A stretch of DNA of 64,000 nucleotides from Octopus vulgaris (taxonomy: Eukaryota), in the NCBI GenBank assembly GCA_951406725.2, contig OX597832.1, positions 54,312,001 to 54,376,000 on the forward strand, read 5' to 3'. Of this stretch, positions 1 to 64,000 are shown piece after piece. Every line of letters starts with the position of its first letter. The stretch's first letter is position 1. The notes beneath the pieces were generated by a model. That model was not told the DNA's origin. It made no database searches and saw nothing but the letters and a program-made list of their open reading frames with translations. The translations under genes were made by a program, and so were the position numbers.

Positions 1-375
1 CATATATATACATACATACATACATTTGTATATATATATATACATATATATACACATATATATATATATATACATACATATATATATATATATGCATATA
101 TACACACACACATATATATATATATACATAAGTATATATATATATATATATATATATATACGTATATATACACATATATATACATACGCATATATATACA
201 CATATATATACACACACATATATATACATACATATATATACACACACATATATATATACATACATACATACGAAACCATAATGATATCCGTGAGGTAGCT
301 GAAGATGGAGGTATCTTAGATTGTTGGTATGATTGTTTTTGTGTATGTGAAATAGTGTTATAACACATCCTTTTG

Positions 376-408
<33 letters not shown>

Positions 409-440
409 TATATCATACACACACACACTTATATATATAA
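1..440. repeat. (TA)n/(TACA)n compound microsatellite
   Basis: Directly visible dinucleotide repeats. Confidence 0.95.
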
Positions 441-474
441 TAAAAGAAGGAAAATGCACACACTACAGTTTACA

Positions 475-690
475 TAGTTTTAATATATTTTAAATGAAAG
501 AGTATTATGGTTGTTGACCGGTTTCGCTTTCGCTGATCATGACATTGAAATTATGGTGATTTCATACACGAACATGGACTAAAAACTTCTTAACAAAACA
601 CGAAATCACAATAATTTCAATGTCATGATTAGCAAAAGCAAAACCAGTTGACAACCACAAAGCTCTTTCATTTAAAATATATTAAAACTA
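475..690. mobile_element. Fold-back element (~89-bp arms) with a hammerhead-like motif in each arm; probable Penelope-derived non-autonomous element
   Basis: 475-563 is the reverse complement of 602-690; arm consensus tgtc ATGATYA GC GAAA GC GAAA CCGG TC gaca. Confidence 0.65.
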
Positions 691-900
691 TTCTTTTATT
701 TGTTTCAGTCATTTGACTGTGGTCATGCTGGAGCACCACCTTTAGTCAAACAAATCGACCCAACGCTTATTCTTTGTAAGCCTACTACTTATTTTATCAA
801 TCTCTTTTGCCGAACCACTAACTTATGGGAATGTAAACACACCAAAATTGGTTGTCAAGTGATGGCAGGGATACAAACACAGATACACAAACACACACAC

Positions 901-942
<42 letters not shown>

Positions 943-992
943 TTGGTAGAAGGAAACTGAAAGAAGCCTGTCATATATATATATATATATAT

Positions 993-2489
993 ATGTGGAA
1001 GAAGGGTTTAGAATCGAGGGGCCTTAGAGTCAACCTAGCTAAAACCAAAGTACTAATAAGTAGGAAGGTAGACAATCCACAAATGTCTTCAGGAAGATGA
1101 CCCTGCTTGATCTGTAGAAAAGGTGTAGGTAGAAACTCTATAAGATGTACCCAGTGTAAGCTATGGACACATAAGAGGTGCAGCAATGTCAAAGGAAGGC
1201 TAACTGGGAAGATAGTTTTTGTATGTGGCAGATGCTCGGGAGCATTAAACTCTGAAAATCTGCAGAAAACAACTTCTGTCACTTTCCAGGGGGAAAAACT
1301 AGAAGTAGTTGATAGTTTTCGTTATCTAGGTGACCAAGTCAGTATTTGGGGTGGGTGCGTTGAAAGTGTAACTGCTAGAGTAAGAATAGCCTGGGCAAAG
1401 TTTAGGAAGCTCTTACCTCTGCTGGTGACTAAAGGCCTCTCGCTCAGAGTAAAAGGCAGACTGTAAGATGCATGTGTACGAACAGCCATGCTACATGGCA
1501 GTGAAACATGGGCCGTGACTGCTGAGGACATGTGTGAGCTCGCAAGGAATGAAGCCAGTATGCTCCGATGGATGTGTAATGTCAGTGTGCATACTCGACA
1601 GAGCGTTAGTACCTTGAGAGAAATGTTGTACCTAAGTGTGTACCAGTTGTGGTGTGCAAGAGAGACGATTGCGCTGGTATGGTCATGTGGCGAGAATGGA
1701 TGAAGATAGGTGCGTGAAAAAGTGCCAATCCCTAGCAGTTGAAGGAACCCGTGGAAGAGGTAGACCCAGGAAAACCTGGGACAAGGTGGTGAAGAACGAC
1801 CTTCGAACTTTAGGCCTCACTAAGGAAATGACCAGCGACCAAGACCTTTGGAAATATGCTGTATGTGAGAAGACCAGGCAGGACAAGTGAGTCCAGCCCA
1901 CTTATGCATGCCTTTCCTCCTTTGGACACACAAAGACCTGTTGAGGCAAGCGAAGTCGATATTGAACCTCATCCAACGACAGGCACCCATGCCAACCCCT
2001 CTTTGCTTGCGAAGACCTGTTGGGGCAAGTGAAATCGAAATCGGAATCGAAATTGAACCAATCCTATGACTGGCACCCGGTAGATGCCAGGACCCCTAGA
2101 CTGGTGGTACGTAAAAAGCACTATCCGAATCGTGGCTGAAGCCAGTGCCGCCTCAACTGGCTTCTGTGCCGGTGGCATGTAAAAAGCACCATCCAAATCG
2201 TGGCCGAAGCCAGTGCCGCCTCGACTGGCTTCTGTGCCAGTGGCACGTAAAATGCACCAATCCGACTGTGGCCGATGCCAGCCTCACCTGGCACCTGTGC
2301 AGGTGGCATGTAAAAAGCACCCACTACACTCTCAGAGTGGTTGGCATTAAGAAGGGCATCCAGCTGTAGAAACATTGCCAGGTCAGATTGGAGCCTGGTG
2401 CAACCGCTGGCTCTCCAGACCTCAGTCAAACCGTCCAACCCATGCCAGCATGGAAAGCGGACGTTAAACGATGATGATGATGATGATGA

Positions 2490-2490
<1 letters not shown>
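993..2490 (+). mobile_element. 5'-truncated, decayed RTE-clade LINE: RT C-terminus with inserted PHD-like finger, plus 3' UTR with tandem repeats and (GAT)n tail
   Basis: GLRVNLAKTKVL, LEVVDSFRYLG, MLHGSETW, RRLRWYGHVARM, RGRGRPRKTW; stops at 1098 and 1464, frameshift near 1630. Confidence 0.92.
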
Positions 2491-2549
<59 letters not shown>

Positions 2550-3608
2550 CACACACACACACACATATATATACATATACATGTGTGTGTGTGTATGCAT
2601 ATGTGATGTGTGTGTTTCAAAAAAGGAAAATGGAAAAAATTTTCAGTATTATTGGACTGAAGCAACATGAAATGAAGTGTTTTGCAGTGTCCTTTCTTTT
2701 TAATATTCTGTAAGAACATGTCAAGCCATGGGGGAACACATTACTTTACTTTCAAACAGGTGAGGGTTTACGACAAGAAAGGCATTCTGCCATAGAAAAT
2801 CTGCCTCAATAAATTCTCTCTGATCCATGCAAGCATGGAAAAGCAGACGCTGAATTAATGCTGTTGATAATGATTATCATCTTGGCTTGCTAATTAGCAA
2901 CGGTATTTCACCTTGAACAGATTCTCCGATAGTAAGAAGTAACGCCTGAATTACAATTCCATTTTTTGTATTCCACCTTCTTCACTTCCCTATCATTTCC
3001 CAGTGAATCCGAGAAATTTAACTTCCTCAGATGAGCTTTATCTTCTCTGAGAGCTAATTTGAGAGCTATTTATCTTCAGTTCAAGGCACCTATTGACTAA
3101 GTTGATAAAGTATTGGATTACTAGCTGAGGGATTAACAGTTCTTATCCTTTCAGCGCAACTATACACTTTCCATAAAGGTAAGGAGGTAACTTTCACAGG
3201 GAAATGAAACCGTTACCATGGATACATGGTACCTATTTATATCTCATTAATAAGGAGAATAAGCAATGTTTTGGTAAGGAGAGTAAGCAGTATACAAAAT
3301 AAATTGTGTTGGTTGTTGAAAGTAGTAGGCAGCTGTTCCTGTACCAAACCTTTGCCCATATTCTCTAATTATCTAAGACAGGCTTACAGTTAAAGTTCAG
3401 TTATTAATCTAATTTGATCTGAGTGAAACAGACCATTGTTTATTGAACATATCCAGTGTCTATACCATAGATTTCATGATGATTCTGTCACCTGTCCTTA
3501 CTAATCTACTCACATGATGTAAGCAACAACCAATAGAACTGTTAAAGAAGTAACTATTGGACTGTTGTATAGTGAAACTATACAGCCCTCCCGGTAAAAA
3601 GTGGTAGT

Positions 3609-3919
3609 TTTTTTTTGTTGTCTGTTCCTTCTCGAGCCATGCCTGGCTCATAAGGGCTGGTTTCCCGGTTTCTTGGCGTATAGGTTCCCCACCTGGATGG
3701 GATGCTGGTCCATCACAGGTGAGCTGCAAGATGCAGGAGGAAAGAGCGAGAGAAAGTTGTGGTGAAAGAGTCAGCAGAAGTTCACCATTACCTTCAGCTG
3801 GAGCTATGTGGAGTTTAGGTGTTTTCGCTCATAAACACACACATCGCCCGGTTTGATATTCGAACCCGCGATCCCTCGACCGCGAGTCCGCTGCTCTAAC
3901 CACTAGGTCATGTGCCTCC
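3609..3919 (-). mobile_element. tRNA-derived SINE (family C head, tail type 2)
   Basis: tRNA-like head (A box CTAGTGGTTAGAGC, B box GGTTCGAATA); 13-bp TSD aaaaagtggtagt at 3596-3608 and 3920-3932; sister copy at 48213-48514. Confidence 0.88.
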
Positions 3920-4238
3920 AAAAAGTGGTAGTAGCCAGCCATTACAAATAGACCAGTAGCTGGTCGACAGAAGAAGGTTGGGAAGGTTGTGAGTATGTGT
4001 AGACTATGTTGATAGTTGTGTCAGTGCTGATATAGTAATTATACTGTGATATTGAGTGGATGTTTTAACGATCCAACCTATTGAGAATAACAACGCTGTA
4101 CAACTGGGGGTTGTAGAGAGCCAGATAGAAACATTCTATCGATGATTTTGGAATATAACAATATTTGTCAGAGCGACAACCATCGTCAAAAGACAGATTC
4201 AACAGTGGCAAAAGACTGCTTTACAACAAGGAAAAAGG

Positions 4239-4590
4239 TTTAGAGTTTACAATGATTTGAATAGCTCTTTGCCCCTTCTTACACAAAATGCCCAATCATA
4301 GGGCTATGATTTAGAACTAACAATAATTTGAATAGCTCTAAACCCTACTTGTACAGCCCGCCCTTGTTATAGGGGTGGGTACAACTCAAACTTTACAATA
4401 TTGTAAAGTCTGATTTGTACCCCTATAACAAGGGCTAAACTTGTACCCCTGCTTGAATGCTTGTACCCTGAATGGCCTAAATTACTGCTCTATTACAGGG
4501 GTACAATTTAGAATTTACAATAATTTGAATAGCACCCCACCTTATACAACCTTCCCTTTCGTAGGGGAGTGATTTAAAATTTACAATATC
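4239..4590. repeat. Diverged ~70-bp minisatellite with internal palindrome (4360-4436)
   Basis: Motif tttaga..ttacaat.atttgaatagc recurs at ~4239, 4310, 4507, 4572; gcccttgttatagggg...actttacaat|attgtaaagt...cccctataacaagggc. Confidence 0.7.
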
Positions 4591-5384
4591 TTTTCACTTT
4601 CATCTTTTACTTTGTTTCAGTCAGTAGACTGGCCATGCTGGGGCATCACCCTGAAGAATTTCAGTCAAACAAACTTATTTTTTAAGCCTGGTACTTATTC
4701 TATCAGCCTCTTTGTTGAATAGCTAAGGCACAGGGATGTAAACACACTAACACTGGTTACCAAGTGATGGTAGGAAACAAACACAGACACAAAGACACAC
4801 ACAAACACACACACACACACACACATGACAGGCTTCTTTCAGTTTTTTCCCCCAAATCTACTCACAAAGCTCTGGTCGGCCCAGGGTCATAGCAGAGGAC
4901 ATTTGCCCATGGTGCCACACAGTGGGATTGAACTCAGATCCATGTGGCTGGCAAACAAACTTCTTACCAAACACCCACATCTGTGCCTGTTTAACAGTAA
5001 TGAAAGTAGAAAAAGGAATGAACCCAAACCAGTAGTTTCTGTTTATTCTTTAATTAATCCTTCTCCCACCAACAGAGTAGGCCTCAGATAAAAGACAATC
5101 TAGCTAGGATCATCCCTTCCTTCATTTGGGGCATTGCATATCTGGAACTACATTATCTAACGTGTTCCCTCTTTTCAAGGCAGTAGGGGGCGTAATTTGA
5201 GGTAGCATTGGCTACTATTTAGCAACAAGGTAAGCTCCCTTGTTGGTTCAAATTAGTAGTTTTACAATTTGAAATTAATAAAATAGAAAACAATACATTG
5301 GTTGCTTCTTAATGAGTTCAGGGTTAATTGTTTATAATGGCTAAAGTTTGTTGATTCCATTTAATTAACGATTTACAGGGTATA

Positions 5385-5792
5385 TTCTCTTTACTCTTTT
5401 ACTTGTTTCAGTCATTTGACTGCGGCCATGCTGGAGCACCACCTTTAGTCGAGCAAATCGACCCCGGGACTTATTCTTTGTAAGCCCAGTACTTATTCTA
5501 TCGGTCTCTTTTGCCGAACCGCTAAGGGACAGGGACGTAAACACACCAGCATCAGTTGTCAAGCAATGCTAGGGGGACAAACACAGACACACAAACACAC
5601 ACACACATACATATAAATACATATATACGACGGGCTTCTTTCAGTTTCCGTCTACCAAATCCACTCACAAGGCATTGGTCGGCCCGGGGCTATAGCAGAA
5701 GACACTTGCCCAAGATGCCACGCAGTGGGACTGAACCCAGAACCATGTGGTTGGTTAGCAAGCTACTTACCACACAGCCACTCCTGCGCCTA
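5385..5792 (-). mobile_element. tRNA-derived SINE family A (CORE-like central motif, internal microsatellite), full length
   Basis: Head ggcgcaggagtggctgtgtggtaag...ggttcagtccc, cttgggcaagtgtctt motif, tail aagtaaaagag; ~20 copies in the window. Confidence 0.92.
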
Positions 5793-5948
5793 TTGCTGTT
5801 GTTTAACTAGATTTCATTAAGTACATGGTTGCTTGAACTGCTAAAAATAGCAAACCAAACATCCCTCATTATTTTAGATAACACTGCACTATATTAGACA
5901 ACAAACTAGTGATGTTGCTTGAAAGATATGTGAACAAAATACACTTAC

Positions 5949-62893
<56,945 letters not shown>

Positions 62894-62972
62894 CTGAAAA
62901 TATATTACATATAAAAATGCTTTTTTATAAACTTCAACACACTGTTTAATCAATATTAATTTATTTTATACA

Positions 62973-63459
62973 CCGTAAATCCTCGAGTATAGTCCGCCCT
63001 TGAGTATAATACGCAGGGGATTTTTAGGATGCTGTACCTCTGAAAAAACTAAACCTTGTGTATAATACGCATCCCTTCTCTAACTTGCGCCAAAGAGGTC
63101 TATATAACGTTCTTGGTTTGTAAAAATGTATACGGTAACATCCTTTATTATTATTGTATATATAACATAATGCAAACGTGTAGCTTTTTTGTGCATTTTG
63201 TTTGCAGAAAATAAAGAAATAACAGTAATAACGCTTAATAAATGTTGCTTACTGCAAGTTATGGATGATTCTTTTATGACTTCATTGCTTTCAGGCTTAG
63301 CTTAAGGTATTTTCGCGCCCGACATCACAAAATGCGTCCGAATAAACATTGCTGGACAGCAAATAAAGTTTCACTTTTAACCTCATATATAGTACGCACT
63401 ATTGATTTAGACCTTTAAATTTTGGGAAAAAGATGCGGATTATACTCGAGGATTTACGG
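62973..63459. mobile_element. Tc2/pogo-like MITE
   Basis: TIR ccgtaaatcctcgagtataRtccgc / gcggattatactcgaggatttacgg followed by TA. Confidence 0.85.
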
Positions 63460-63918
63460 TATGCATGGCTGATATCACAAAGACAATACTAGTCAAGCCT
63501 TATATCACAGCTGATTATATATATATATATATCTTGAAAAATATATTACATATAAATTTAGTGAGATAATAAGGTAATGCTGTTGGTAGGGAGGAAGGTG
63601 AGAGAACATAGAATAAAATATAACAGGATAAGATACAATAAAAGGGGGAAATGAAAGAGAATGAAATATAGGCGTAGGAGTGGCTGTGTGGTAAGTAGCT
63701 TGCTTACAAACCACATGGTTCCGGGTTCAGTCCCACTGCGTGGCACTTTGGGCAAGTGTCTTCTGCTATAGCTTTGGGCCGACCAAAGCCTTGTGAGTGG
63801 ATTTGGTAGATGGAAACTGAAAGAAGCCCGTCGTATGTATGTATATATATATATATATATATATACGTATATATATAAATTGATCAAAATAAAATAAAAA
63901 CATGATGCGAAGGATTCA

Positions 63919-63996
63919 GCGGTACATATGTTTCGGGCCTTTATTAGACAGATTTATAACAATGCATAATGTATGTCTGTGGCCTTCTTCAGCTGC
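63919..63996 (-). ncRNA. Hammerhead-like motif with long stem II
   Basis: gcag CTGAAGA AGGCC...GGCCC GAAA CATATG TA ccgc; palindromic ACATATGT. Confidence 0.55.
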
Positions 63997-64000
63997 GCAC

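Noticed and set aside
26-298. YI/HT/CV-repeat and poly-N/I/Y ORFs here and at 18342, 30804, 32725-33366, 48061 and elsewhere
   Set aside because: Translations of microsatellites; no coding signal.
2911-3065. Minus-strand open stretch LKLALREDKAHLRK...CSR* as next NHE exon
   Set aside because: Available AGs give phase 1, but phase 0 is needed, and there is no pyrimidine tract.

Overview
AT-rich, repeat-dense eukaryotic genomic DNA, most likely an octopus (inferred from the tRNA-derived SINE families, RTE/CR1/R4-Dong LINE relics and abundant (TA)n/(CA)n/(AAT)n microsatellites). Nearly all ORFs in the supplied track are repeat artefacts. Reading splice sites on the minus strand recovers 11 phase-compatible GT-AG exons (62893 down to 5949; 1099 nt, ~366 aa) of a plasma-membrane-type Na+/H+ exchanger (SLC9A/NHE). 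They cover the last transmembrane helices (YGGLRGAV motif), the CHP-binding helix and part of the cytoplasmic tail. The 5' end lies right of the window and no terminal exon was found. The introns hold four tRNA-SINE families, mariner/hAT/piggyBac/Tc2-like elements and a Helitron. The most unusual signal is about ten unrelated short elements that each carry a minimal type-I hammerhead-ribozyme-like motif of the Penelope-element kind. Their 3-8 core pair co-varies (C-G, U-A, A-U, G-U), several sit in fold-back inverted duplications or (TA)n tracts, and one family joins a tRNA-like Pol III head to the hammerhead tail. All structures were folded by eye and none has been computed or tested.
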